From the NCBI RefSeq assembly GCF_009914755.1, contig NC_060938.1: a stretch of DNA of 64,000 nucleotides; one strand, written 5' to 3'. Origin of the DNA: the human T2T-CHM13v2.0 reference genome, Homo sapiens. Below the pieces are notes generated by a model. It had not been told where the DNA came from, searched no databases, and saw nothing but the letters and a program-made list of their open reading frames with translations. Positions 1-15,394 of the stretch are shown here, one piece after another. A program made the translations under genes and the position numbers. Numbering within the stretch: position 1 is the first letter of the stretch; every line of letters begins with the position of its first letter.

Positions 1-471
1 CTGAGTTTTTGATGAGCCTTTCACTGAATACACAATTTACAGGAATAGTCTCTTATGACTTAGAATGGCTTAGTGAAGCAATAGGGCAAATGTTTAAATG
101 TATGTTGCAAAGTTGTAGGATACAAGATTAATATGCAAAAGTCAGTGTCTTTTCTATATACCAGCAATGAACAAGTGGAATTTAAAATTAAAAACACATT
201 ACCATTTATATTAGAACCCCCAAAATGAAATACTTAGGTATAAATCAAATGAAATATGTGCAAGATCTACATAAGGAAAACTATGAAACTGATGAGAGAA
301 GTCTAAAAACAACAAAATAAATATAGAGATTTCATGTTCATGGAGAAGACGACTCAATACTATAAAGATGCCAGTTCTTCCCAACTGAACTACACATTCA
401 ACGCAATGCCAATCAAAATCCCAGGAAATTATTTTGTGGATATTGAAAAATTGACTCTATAGTTTAAATGG

Positions 472-761
472 GGCCAGGTGCAGCAGCTCATGCCTGTAAT
501 CCCAGCACTTTGGGAGGCCGAGGTGGGTGGATCACGAGGTCAGGAGTTTGAGACCAGCCTGGCCAACATGGTGAAACCCCATCTCTACTAAAATACAAAA
601 ATTAGCTGGGCATGGTGGCGGGTGCCTGTAATCCCAGCTACTGGGGAGGCTGAGGCAAGAGAATTGCTTGAACCCAGGAAGCAGAGGTTGCAGTGAGCCA
701 AGATGGCGCCACTGCACTCCAGCATGGGCAACAGAACAAGACTCCACCTCAAAAAAAAAAA
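472..761 (+). mobile_element. Alu (S-type)
   Basis: Alu dimer, poly(A), TSD agtttaaatgg. Confidence 0.95.
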
Positions 762-792
762 GTTTAAATGGAAGAGCAAAAGACTCAGAACA

Positions 793-1099
<307 letters not shown>

Positions 1100-1722
1100 T
1101 CAGAATAGCCAACTCAGTATTGAAATGGAAGAACAAAGTCAGAGGAGTAACACTACCCAACTTCAAGACATCCTTTAAAGCTACAGTAATCATGACAGTG
1201 CAGTATTGGTGAAAGACAAATAGAGTGGAATAGAATAGAAAGCCCAGAAATAGACCCGCATAAATATAGTTAACTGCTCTTTGACAAAGGAGCAAAAGCA
1301 ATATAATGGAGAAAAGACAGTCTCTTCACAAATGGTACTGAAGCACTTGGATATCTACATGCAAAAAAGAAAAAATGAATCTAGACACAAACCTTACACC
1401 CTTCACAGAAGTTAAGTCAAAATGTGTCACATGCAGAACTATAAAACTCCTGGAAGATAACATAGGAGAAAATCTAGATGATCTTGGCTTTGGCAGTGAC
1501 TTTATAGTTGTTAACACCAAAGGCATGATCCATGAAAAAAACAATTGACAAGGTGGACATAATTAAAGAATTTAAATAACTAAAACTAAAAGTCTCTGCT
1601 TTGTGAAAGACACTGTCAAGAGAATGAAAACATAAGCCACAGACTAGAGAAAATATTTGCAGAAGACAGATAAAGGACTGTTTTCCAAAACATACAAAGA
1701 ACTCTTAAAATTCAACAATAGG

Positions 1723-2020
<298 letters not shown>

Positions 2021-2133
2021 TTCAACAATAGGAACACAAACCAATTTAAAAATGGGCCAGAGACCTTAACAGACACTTCACCAAAGACAATATACAAATG
2101 GTCAATAAGCATATGAAAAGATGCTACACATCA

Positions 2134-2430
<297 letters not shown>

Positions 2431-2869
2431 ACAAGGAAAATTTGACAGGAAAACTATATAGTTTACAACATTAATTAAATATTACAATCTTAAAGGAGAG
2501 GAGAAACAAAAATCTCATTAAATGCTTAAAAGGGAAACTGATAAAATTTGAAATAGATTTTCTTAAAACTTGAGAAGAATAAAATTGGGATGAGTAAATT
2601 AGGGTTGACAAACTACTAGAAGGAAACCTTTTGTTTTTATTATGGAAATTTTAAAACAAAATAGAATGAAACATAGAATAGTATTAAGTAAAAAAGAATA
2701 TAACAAAAAATAGTATAACGAAACTCCATATGCCTATCACTCAGATTTAACAATTATCAATTTATAGCTAATCTTTTCTCATACAAAACCCCACCCCTAC
2801 TCCTTTACCCCCATCTATTGGATTATTTTGAAGGCAATCCCAGACACTATATTGCTTGATAGACTTATC

Positions 2870-3063
2870 ACTAAAAATACAAAAATTAGCCAGGCGTGGT
2901 GGTGTGTGCCTGTAGTCCCAGCTACTCGGGAGGCTGAGGTGGGAAGATCACGTGAGCCCAGGAGGTGGAGGTTGCAGTGAGCCAACATTACACACCACTG
3001 CATTCCAGCCTGGGCAGCAGAGTAAGACCCTCTATCAAAAAAATAAAAATAAAAACAAAAAAG
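2870..3063 (+). mobile_element. Alu, 5'-truncated
   Basis: right monomer plus tail. Confidence 0.9.
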
Positions 3064-3064
3064 T

Positions 3065-3560
3065 TAATGGAAATAACAGGCCCACCAAGTGCTCAACATT
3101 TAATTAAAATAGACCTACATCATGGCACATCATAAAATTTCAAGATACTGAGGTCAAAAGATCTCATAAGCTTCCAGAAAGGAAAGAAACAGGTTTCAGA
3201 CAAAGGATTAAGAATTAGAATGGCACTGTAACTCTCAGTAGCAACTCTAGAAGCTGAAAGACAATGAAGCAATGCCTCAAAATTCTCCCATCCAAGTACT
3301 AACCAGGCCCGACCCTGCTTAGCTTCTGAGATCAGATGATATCAGGCACGTTCAGGGTGGTATGGCTGTAGATGCAATCCCTCAAAATTTTAAGGGAAAA
3401 TTATTTCCAACCTGCAATTCTATACCTGGCTATGTTCTCAATAAAATAGAACGCTAGAATAAAAACATCTCAAAGAGTCTCTGAAAATTATTTCAATGCA
3501 CCCTTTCTCAGGAAGGTACTACAGGACATGTTCCCCCCAAATTAAGAAGTAATTCATGAG
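3065..3560 (+). mobile_element. Old L1M ORF1-region fragment hosting the 5S pseudogene
   Basis: gcaactctagaagc...ggaaaattatttccaacctgcaattctatacc resembles L1 ORF1. Confidence 0.65.
3284..3373 (-). pseudogene. 5S rRNA retropseudogene, nt about 1-90, 3'-truncated and tailless
   Basis: minus strand reads ATCTACAGCCATACCACCCTGAAC...GGAAGCTAAGCAGGG-like...TACTTGGATGGGAGA; flanking 16-bp direct repeat. Confidence 0.93.
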
Positions 3561-3719
3561 AGAGAAACAAGAGATGTTTCCATGACAGGAAACAAGAGAT
3601 CCAATACAACAGAAAAGTGAGGGGAATCCCTGGGATAATGAAGAAGAAAAATCTCCAAACCAAACGTGAATCACAGGCATAGAGAATAAACTGTCCATTG
3701 ATGATTGATTGGAATACAA

Positions 3720-4240
3720 AAGATGAGGAAGAAGAATCTAGGATTACATCTAGGGTTCTGACTTGAACAACTTGGTGAAGCAGCATATAATTAGGTAAGA
3801 AACATCAGAAGAGCAGGTTTAAGAGCAGGTATGTTTTTGGACATGGTGAGTTTGAGTGGAGATGGTGAATACACAGTTACCTAGGCACAGCATTGACATT
3901 TAGGCTAGAGATACAGAGTTATATGCTGTCAGTGAAAAGATGGGAACCTAAGTCCCCAAAGTGGAAAAGATCACCGGGAACAAAGTATAGAATGAAAAGA
4001 AGTATAGCATGAAAAGAAAAGGGCCTAGGATAGAGCCCTGAAAACACCCAGATTTAAGGGTGAGGCAGAGGAGAAGCTAGCCAAGGAGGGGCCGGGGAGT
4101 CAGGAAGAAAATGAGGAGAACGGGAGGGATCATGACAGCCTAGAGAAGAGACTGCTTCAAGAAGGATGGCATGTTCAATAATTAAGGAAGAAAAAGAGTT
4201 TAAAGCATCCAGTGGATCTAGTGACATGGAAGTCACTAGT
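3720..4240 (-). mobile_element. L2 fragment
   Basis: purine-rich degenerate L2 pattern (tttggacatggtgagtttgag...agagccctg). Confidence 0.55.
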
Positions 4241-4436
4241 AATAAGAGCAATAATCTTTGCATATTAGATTATCAAAGATCAAAAATATTTATTTGATAG
4301 TTATCAGATATTAAAGAAGTGGCACCCTCATATGCTGTTGGTAGAAATGTAAACAAGTACCACATTTTTTATAAGCAATTTGGGAACACCTATCAAATAT
4401 AAAATATGCATAAACTTTGACCCAGAGCTTCTTTCA

Positions 4437-4795
<359 letters not shown>

Positions 4796-5291
4796 AGAAT
4801 GTCAAAGCAGCCTGTAATGCAAAATTGGGGATGAGAGGAGGAACTACATCTCTATCAAGTGGAAAAGGAGTGAATAAATTTAATGGAATAAATGTGTCCG
4901 GTGGACACCTAGGTAGCTGCTCATAAATGAAGTAGCTATGATTGTACTAACATAGAATGGTAGCTGTGATACAGTAAGTAAAAAAGCAGAATATATAGTT
5001 CCCATGTGTCTAACACTGTATATATAGGAATAGATATGCATATACATTATAACAATATAAATGTTTGTAAATGCATAGATAAAAATATAAAAACTGTTAG
5101 AGGTGAAATCTATGAAATGGGATTTGGAAGGCAAAGGATGGCATTTACTTTTCCACTAGTTGAAATTCTTTACAAAAAGGTATAATTTTTATCAATGTTT
5201 AAAGAGAACATGAAAGGATAAAAGAAAAAAAGCATTAACTAAGAGAAGAGTCTGGGAGAAATGAGAATGGCCAGCTGTCCAATGCCCTTAC

Positions 5292-5514
5292 CTTTCCTGA
5301 GACAAATTCTTGCCATAGGCTTTGCTGACAAAATCTGTTAATTGCAACTTTGGGCAAGATGCTGTGTCTTTCCCACAGTCTTCAAAGTGCACGGAGAGAA
5401 AGAGTTCACTCAGAAGCTGCAGCACTTGGGAGTGGGCCATGTTTCTTGCTGTGCATATGTTTAGGGCCGCATAGAACACTCCCTCCAACCACTTGATATT
5501 GAGGATTATTCCCC
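5292..5514 (-). CDS. NOXRED1: NOXRED1 coding exon 5 ([14 protein letters not shown]...NLSQER); gene continues beyond left edge
   Basis: acceptor gtgtag|GG, donor AAG|GTAAGG, 223 nt; no stop reached. Confidence 0.92.
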
Positions 5515-5967
5515 CTACACATCAATGAGAAGGTAAATACCAGTTAGCACCACCAAAAATGAGTTGCAGAAAACCTAGAATAAACCCCTGACAGTGAATA
5601 GCCGCCTTTTTTCCAAGACAGATTGGTAATATGAACCACAAGATAAGCAAACATTCCTTCCTGAGCCACAAGTGCTACTTGTGCCCTTTATAACACATCA
5701 TGTGTTGACCATCCCAAAAGTGGACAGATACAACTAATGTAGACATTGCTAATGGCAAAAAGTGTCTCTGGAATAGTCGTTGCTAATATGGAGAAGGAAC
5801 TGGGGAAAACTACAAGATTAGAACAGGGAAAAGCCATTTTAGTCCAACATTACATCCTCCTATTGAAATAAGCTATCTCCTCTTTTGGTTTTAATTTGTC
5901 CTTAAGAAGTCCAAATGATCAAGCTTCTCAGCTCTTCCTAAGTAGCTCTCCTGCAGTACCTTGTGCC

Positions 5968-5970
<3 letters not shown>

Positions 5971-6005
<35 letters not shown>

Positions 6006-6014
6006 AGAGAGAGA
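5971..6014. repeat. (CA)16(GA)6 microsatellite
   Basis: read directly. Confidence 0.95.
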
Positions 6015-6090
6015 TTGATTTAATAAGATAGCAATGGGCCAACAGGAAAGTAATTTTCAAAAGAATGCCAGAAATATGTTGAGCCGTGAC

Positions 6091-6242
6091 CAGCAGGACT
6101 GTAGGGACAGGTAGCTTGAAGAATCGTAGGATCTTGGAGAGCAGCTATGACTCCCTTATTGGCCCCCCAGACGCTGACAGAATCTTCATCATACTGATAC
6201 TGAGGCCGCAAGATATTGGTGTGGTTCAACAGTAGTTTCAGC
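6091..6242 (-). CDS. NOXRED1: NOXRED1 coding exon 4 ([14 protein letters not shown]...CPYSPAG)
   Basis: acceptor cttccag|G; weak donor CTG|GTCACG keeps frame with exon 5; 152 nt. Confidence 0.88.
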
Positions 6243-6831
6243 CTGGAAGTAAAGCCAAGACAGGGAGTGCAATGCCAGGACTGGAATAAATGACGACATA
6301 ACCCACTGTGTTTACATCCAACCCCATCAACAGACTCCCCCACACAGCTCAGAGATAAATGCGGGTCTGGGTCTGTGCTGAGAGCACTAATTAACTGGAC
6401 TGTTCATCCACCTAACAAATCCTTACTTATTGAATGTTATGTGCTAGGCACTGGGCTAGAAACTAAGTGTGCAGAAATAATATTTGACACATACTTTCAG
6501 TAACTTTTCATGTTATTGACCGATGGTTTCTCTTCTCATTGATGCACAAGGAGAATACTTCAGTGTTCAAGTAATGGGAATAAATGTTCTATTGTAATTT
6601 TAAACCTTTGTACAGCAACAAAAATGGTTTGTGGTTACTATTTGTGGGTAAGTAGGGAAGTTACGAGAAAGATTGGCTAACTATGTTCTTCTACAGATAA
6701 AGCTGCTTCCTCCTTATTACTGGAAACAACCAACTCTAAGAGATAGGGGCTACAGTGGAGGTGGGAGGCAGAAGTCAGAGATAAGGAGACAGAGCAGTTG
6801 TGCCAGTTCCATTCTCACCCTAACAAGATAC

Positions 6832-7012
6832 CTGGGTAGTGGGATGGCAGCTACAAAGCTGTACACAATGCTGGCCTTCTCAAGGCTGGTGTAAATTTCT
6901 ACGCAGATATTAGGCAGCTGAGACGGCAAGCAGCAGAGGAATATCACATCGGCCCAACTCACCAGATCAGCGTTATGGTAAAAGCATTTGATTCCCAGCT
7001 TCTGGAGCTCAC
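6832..7012 (-). CDS. NOXRED1: NOXRED1 coding exon 3 ([11 protein letters not shown]...AIPLPR)
   Basis: acceptor ctcccag|GT, donor CAG|GTATCT, 181 nt. Confidence 0.93.
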
Positions 7013-7110
7013 CTGGGAGGGATAAAGGAAGACAGGAAGAGCACAGTACTAAAGAGTTTGACCTGAACATCAACTATGGGGAGAGGGTGATCATTATTTT
7101 AGCTCAGTAA

Positions 7111-7864
<754 letters not shown>

Positions 7865-8258
7865 GACTTTTTTTTTAGGAAGAAAAAAAATCTCAGAGAA
7901 GTCTTTTACTCCAATGTACTGCAGGATAACCATGTGTCAGATAATGTACAAAGGACTTTACAGTTTCTAAGGTGTAACCCCCACAAGGACCTTATGAAGC
8001 AGAAACGAGTAGCAGTCCCATTTTACAGATGAGACTGAGGATTCAAGAAGTTATATGACTTGTCCAAAGTTACAGAGCTGCTGGCTTGAGGTGGTGGAAA
8101 AGACTAGGAGAGTGGAAGGTATAAATCAGAGGCTGAGAAGGGTTTGCAAAGATTTAACAGTTTCTGTAAAGTATATACAAATTAATTTTATTAGGATATC
8201 TATAAATGAAGAAAGACTGATAACTCATGTAGTTGCATAAAAACACTCACTGGTAGTT

Positions 8259-8260
<2 letters not shown>

Positions 8261-8291
<31 letters not shown>

Positions 8292-8395
8292 GCTAGCGAT
8301 GGGATCTCACTGTTATCCAGGCTGGTTTCCAACTCCTGGCTTCAAGTGATCCCCCTGCCATAGCCTCCCAAAGTGCTGGGATTATGGGCATGAGG
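8261..8395 (-). mobile_element. FLAM/Alu monomer with T30 tail
   Basis: left-monomer sequence. Confidence 0.85.
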
Positions 8396-8581
8396 CAATA
8401 TGGATTTTCAAAAGTATAAACCTAAAGTGTACACTCACATCTGGTGGTATGTCATAAATGTCATTGGAAAACAGAATATAACAGACATTGGAGAGTGACT
8501 TCTTATGTTAACCACTGAGAGTACATGGCAAATGTAATGCTAAGGTTATCTAGATACTGATAAACCTGGAAGAAAGACAGA

Positions 8582-8943
8582 TGATTTGGTTTGGCTCTGT
8601 GCCCCCACCCAAATATCATCTCGAATTGTACTCCCCACGTGTTGAGGGAGGGACCTGGTGTGAGGTGATTGGATCATGGGGGCAGTTTCCCCCATGCTGT
8701 TCTCATGATAGCGAGGGAGTTCTCATGAGAGCTGATGGTTTAAACATGGCACTTTCCCCTGTGTGCTCTCTCCTGCCACCTTGTGAAGAAGGTGCCTGCT
8801 TCTGCTTCACCTTCCACCATGACTGTAAGTTTCCTGAGGCCTTCACAGCCATGCAGAACTGTGAGTCAATTAAACCTCTTTTGTTTATAAATTACCCAGT
8901 CTCAGACAGTATCTTTATAGCAGTGTGAAAACAGACTAATACA
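8582..8943 (+). mobile_element. THE1-type (THE1D-like) MaLR solo LTR
   Basis: TG...CA termini, THE1 consensus start and end, 5-bp TSD acaga/acagg. Confidence 0.88.
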
Positions 8944-9187
8944 ACAGGACAAAGTTTAGAAAACAGGCCTATCTATCATTCTCTCCTGTGTTGTTCTCAT
9001 TCTTTTCATGTGCATAGAAGCTGATGTTGAGCATTTTGAATTATTGTTTCCTTACACAACACATAGTGATATTTTACAACTATAATTTTATTCTAATAAA
9101 TATATTGCTTTGCAAAGAATATATATACTTTGTTGAAATATCACATATATTAGTCCTATTGATGGGATAAAGATATATACCTTGAGA

Positions 9188-10030
9188 TTTTTTTTTTTTT
9201 TTTGAGACAGAGTCTTGCTCTGTCATCCAGGCTGGAGTGCGTGGTACAATTTTGGCTCACTGCAACTTCTGCCTCCTGGGTTCGAGCAATTCTCATTCCT
9301 CCCCTGTAGCTGGGATTCGAAGGTATGTGCCATCATGCCTGGCTAAGTTTTGTATTTTTAGCAGAGATGGGGTTTCATCATGTTGGCCAGGCTGGTCTCA
9401 AACTCCTGGCCTCAAGTGATGCAGCTGACTCAGTCTCTCAGAGTGCTGGGATTACCGGCATGAGCCACCATGCCCAGTTGGTAAGATTTTTTTTTTAGTT
9501 TCCTTAGGAATATAGGAAAAAAAAAATGGCCAGGTGTGGTGACTTACTCCTGCAATACCTGCACTTTCAGAGGGTGAAGTGGGAGGACTGGTTGAGCCTA
9601 GCAGTTTAAGACTAGCCTCGGCATTAGAGTGACACCCTGTCTCTATTTATAAACCAAAAGAAAAAAAGAAAAAAACATTACAAATCAATAAGAAAAATAA
9701 ACCTGGGCACTGTGGCTCACACCTATATCCCAGCACTTTGGGAGGCTAAGGCAAATGGATCACTTGAGGCCAGGAGTTCGAGACCAGCCTGGCCAACATG
9801 GCAAAACCCTGTCTCTACTAAAATATTATACAAAAATTAGCTGGGCATGGTGGTGTGTGCCTGTAATCCCAGGTATGTGAGGGGCTGAGGCATGAGAATC
9901 ACTTGAGCTTGGGAGGCAGGGAGGTTGTAGTGAGCCGAGATCATGCCACTACACTCCAGCCTGGGTGACAAAGTGAGACTCCATCTCAAAATAAATAAAT
10001 ACATATATACATAAATAAATACATAAATAA
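9188..10030. mobile_element. Alu cluster: 9188-9477 (-), FLAM 9528-9675 (+), 9702-10030 (+)
   Basis: Alu consensus. Confidence 0.9.
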
Positions 10031-10049
10031 AGTAAGTAAGAAAAATACA

Positions 10050-11185
<1,136 letters not shown>

Positions 11186-11187
11186 GG

Positions 11188-11503
11188 GGCAGGTGCAGTG
11201 GCTCACGCCTGTAATCCCGGCACTTTGGGAGGCCGAGGCAGGCAGATCACCTGAGGTCAGGAGTACAAGACCAGCCTGGCTAACATGGTGAAACCCCGTC
11301 TCTACTAAAAATGCAAAAAAATTTAGCTGGGTGTGGTGGCGTATGCCTGTAATTCCAGCTACTCAGGAGGCTGAGGCGGGAGAATCGCTTGAACCCGGGA
11401 GGCAGAGGTTGCAGTGAGCCGAGATCGTGCTCTCCACGATCTGCACTCCAGCCTAGGTGACAGAGCAAGACTCAGTCTAAAAAAAAAAAAAAAAAAAAAA
11501 AAA
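11188..11503 (+). mobile_element. Alu (S-type)
   Basis: Alu dimer, long poly(A). Confidence 0.95.
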
Positions 11504-11889
11504 ATTTAATAAAGCTGTACCAATTCTTTGGCCTAATAACTTTATTTGGAAAATTATGTACAAGGAAGTTCAACTAAATAAGGCATAGTTACATAAATTA
11601 TGGTACATCCATACTTTGGGATATTATACAACCTTAAAATCTATTTTTTTACATTAATCTCTTACTAATATAATTAAAATTTTAAATCCTGAGATGAAAA
11701 CAGAGAAAGGAAGAATGGTGTAGGGTGTCTAGTGGTCTTAGCCACTGCTGGGCACAACTACATAGTCTGTGCATCCAAACACCAGGTACAGCAAGCACAC
11801 CCTGCTAGGGAGATGCAAGAGACTGTGCTCAAAGCCTGCTGGGGTAACCTTCTACTGTGGGAAAGTGGAGGGGCTTAACATCATTATTT

Positions 11890-12175
11890 CTTATTGATTG
11901 ATTAATTGAGACAGAGTCTTACTCTGTTGCTGAGGCTGGAGTGCAATGATGTGATCTCACCTCACTGCAAGCTCCGCCTCCTGGGTTCAAGTGATTTGCC
12001 TGCCTCAGCCGCCTGAGTAGCTGGGACTACAGGAACCCACCACTACACCTGGCTAATTTTTGTATTTTTAGTAGAGACTGGGTTTCACCATGTTGGCCAG
12101 GCTGGTCTCAAACTCCTGACCTCAGGTGATCTGCCCACCTCGGCCTCCCAAAGTACTGGGATTACAGGTGTGGGC
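11890..12175 (-). mobile_element. Alu (S-type)
   Basis: TSD atcattatttc. Confidence 0.92.
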
Positions 12176-12598
12176 AAATCATTATTTCAAAAAATGTTAA
12201 ACGATACGAGAATATGCTCATGATACATTATGTAAAAAAAAACAGAATACAAACAACTATATACAGTGTCGATTACTGATATAATTAGAGAAAAAAAAAA
12301 CACGGGAAGGAAATAACCCGAGTAGATTATAGGTAGTTGTATCCTTCCTTGTAGACAAATTTTCTACAATATGCATATTATTTTACATTTTTTATTATTG
12401 AAGTATAATTTACATATAATGCAAAACACAGATATGAAGTGTACAGTTTGATCAGTTTTGACAAAAGCATACACCCATTTAACCCATACCTCTCTCTCAA
12501 GATATAAAACATTTTCATCTCCCCAGAAAAAGTTGCTTTGGGACTTTCTCAGTCTATCTCCCCAGAAGAAATCATTGTTCTGATTTCTATCACCATAA

Positions 12599-12913
<315 letters not shown>

Positions 12914-13310
12914 ACAAAACATTTTTTTAAAGTCAGTAAATGTCATTTTTAAAAATATAAGGCCAACTGCAAATGCCTGGAACTGTTTAACACCCAACCA
13001 GACCCTAACTGATTCAGTTAGAAGATCTGAACTCTGTATGGAAAGCTTCCCTGTATCAAAGATCTGGAAAGATACTTCACCACCAAGGGCACAGGGAGGA
13101 GACATGGATATAAAACACATACATGGAGAAAAAAAGTCGCTTTAAAGAACAGGAGAAAAGGCCATGCTTCTAACCTTTCTTAGGGCTAGCAAGCTGAGAA
13201 CTCCACACGCTGTATGCAAGGATTCCTCTTTGGAGGACCCTTTCAAAATGGCTTTGTTGACACCTACACAGCACAACCAAGCCCCCTTTCTACCACACAC
13301 TGCTCCTCAC

Positions 13311-13504
13311 CCAGAGTCTCTGGCCTCCGAGTGGAGATCCGCAGGCTTTCAGCAGGGATGGGGCCAAGCTGCAGCAGTGTGCCAGCCAGCTGCTTCCCAA
13401 GGTGGCCACCTCCAATGATGCCCACCTTAAACTCTTCAGGAGTGGCTGAATTAAGGGAGCCAATTGAGAGATGTCTGGAACTTTGATTCTTATTTAATGA
13501 TGCT
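13311..13504 (-). CDS. NOXRED1: NOXRED1 coding exon 2, Rossmann dinucleotide-binding motif [10 protein letters not shown] (P5C-reductase-like NADP oxidoreductase domain)
   Basis: acceptor ttctccag|A, donor TGG|GTGAGG, 194 nt, frame continuous. Confidence 0.94.
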
Positions 13505-13552
13505 CTGGAGAATGAACACACAGACATGTACATAAATACATGCACACACTAG

Positions 13553-13854
13553 TTTTTCTTTTTTTTTTTTTTTTGAGACAGAGTCTTGCTTTGTCGCCCA
13601 GGTTAGAGTGCAATGGGGTGATCTCGACTCACCGCAAGCTCCGCCTCCCAGGTTCACGCCATTCTCCTGCCTGTCTCCCGAGTAGCTGGGACTACAGGTG
13701 CCTGCCACCACTCCCGGCTAATTTTTTGTATTTTTAGTAGAAACAGGGTTTCACTGTATTAGCCAGGATGGTCTCCATCTCCTGACCTCGTGATCCACCC
13801 GTGTTGGCCTCCCAAAGTGCTGGGATTACAGGCGAGAGCCACCGCACCCGGCCT
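13553..13854 (-). mobile_element. Alu (Y/Sc-like), about 50 nt from the NOXRED1 exon 2 acceptor
   Basis: Alu consensus with ggttcacgccattc diagnostic. Confidence 0.95.
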
Positions 13855-14238
13855 AGTTCTTCTTAACTGTCATTCTCTGACATTTTCTGCTTTGTCATTT
13901 AAGGTGCTTGGTGGCACCTTAAGTACTTCGGAGATAAGACATTTCAACTGTGTGTCATTTATCCAGCCTCACTAGGGAATGAAATGTTCCTCCTGAGTTA
14001 ATTTTCCAGAAACAAAAGTATAACCCTTTTCAAGGGACCAAAATTTAAAATGTTTTAAATGAACATACTTTGTTACATGTATTATGCTTGCCTGGTTAAA
14101 CAGTCTGAATATTTAATCATTTCACTGGCTCAGGACACCACTGTGAACAGCCACTATTATACAGCATACCGTAATGTCTATAACACATTGTGGGCCAGTC
14201 CCCTCATGTTTTGTTTGTTTCTGTGCAGACAGCTTTCA

Positions 14239-14631
<393 letters not shown>

Positions 14632-14948
14632 TTAATTATATGCACATTGTGGCTAGGCATGGTAGCTGATGCCTGTAATCCCAGCACTTTGGGAGGCCAA
14701 GGCGTGTGGATCACTTGAGGTCAAAAGTTTAAGACCAGCCTGGCCAACATGGTGAAACCCCATCTCTATTAAAAATATAAAAATTAGCCCAGCATGATGG
14801 TGTAAACCTGTAGTCTCTGCTACTCAGGAGGCTGAGGCAGGAGAATCTCTTGAACCCGGGAGGTGGAGGTTGCAGTGAGCCAAGATCCACTACTGCACTC
14901 CAGCCTGGGCAATAGAGCAAGACTTGATCTCAAAAAAAGAAAATACAT

Positions 14949-14950
<2 letters not shown>

Positions 14951-15026
<76 letters not shown>
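14951..15026. repeat. (AGAT)11(AGAC)8 compound tetranucleotide STR
   Basis: read directly. Confidence 0.95.
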
Positions 15027-15027
<1 letters not shown>

Positions 15028-15394
15028 TATAGATATAGTTGTGCAACAGCTCTTTAGAACCTTTCCATCTTGCAAAACTGGAACTCTATATGCTTTTTTT
15101 TTTTTTTCGAGACAGTCTCCCTCCATTGCCTGAGCTGGAGTGCTGCGGCACAATCTCAGCTCACTGCAACCTCCACCTCTCACATTCAAGCAATTCTCTG
15201 CCTCAGCCTACTGACTAGCTGGGATTACAGGCGCGTGTCACCACACCCCACGCCCAGCTAATTTTTGTATTTTTAGTAGAGATGAGGTTCTCCATGTTGG
15301 CCAGGCTGGTCTCGAACTCCCCACTTCAAGTGATCCGCCCACCTCCGCCTCCCAAAGTGCTGGGATTATAGGCATGAGCCACCACACCCGACCT

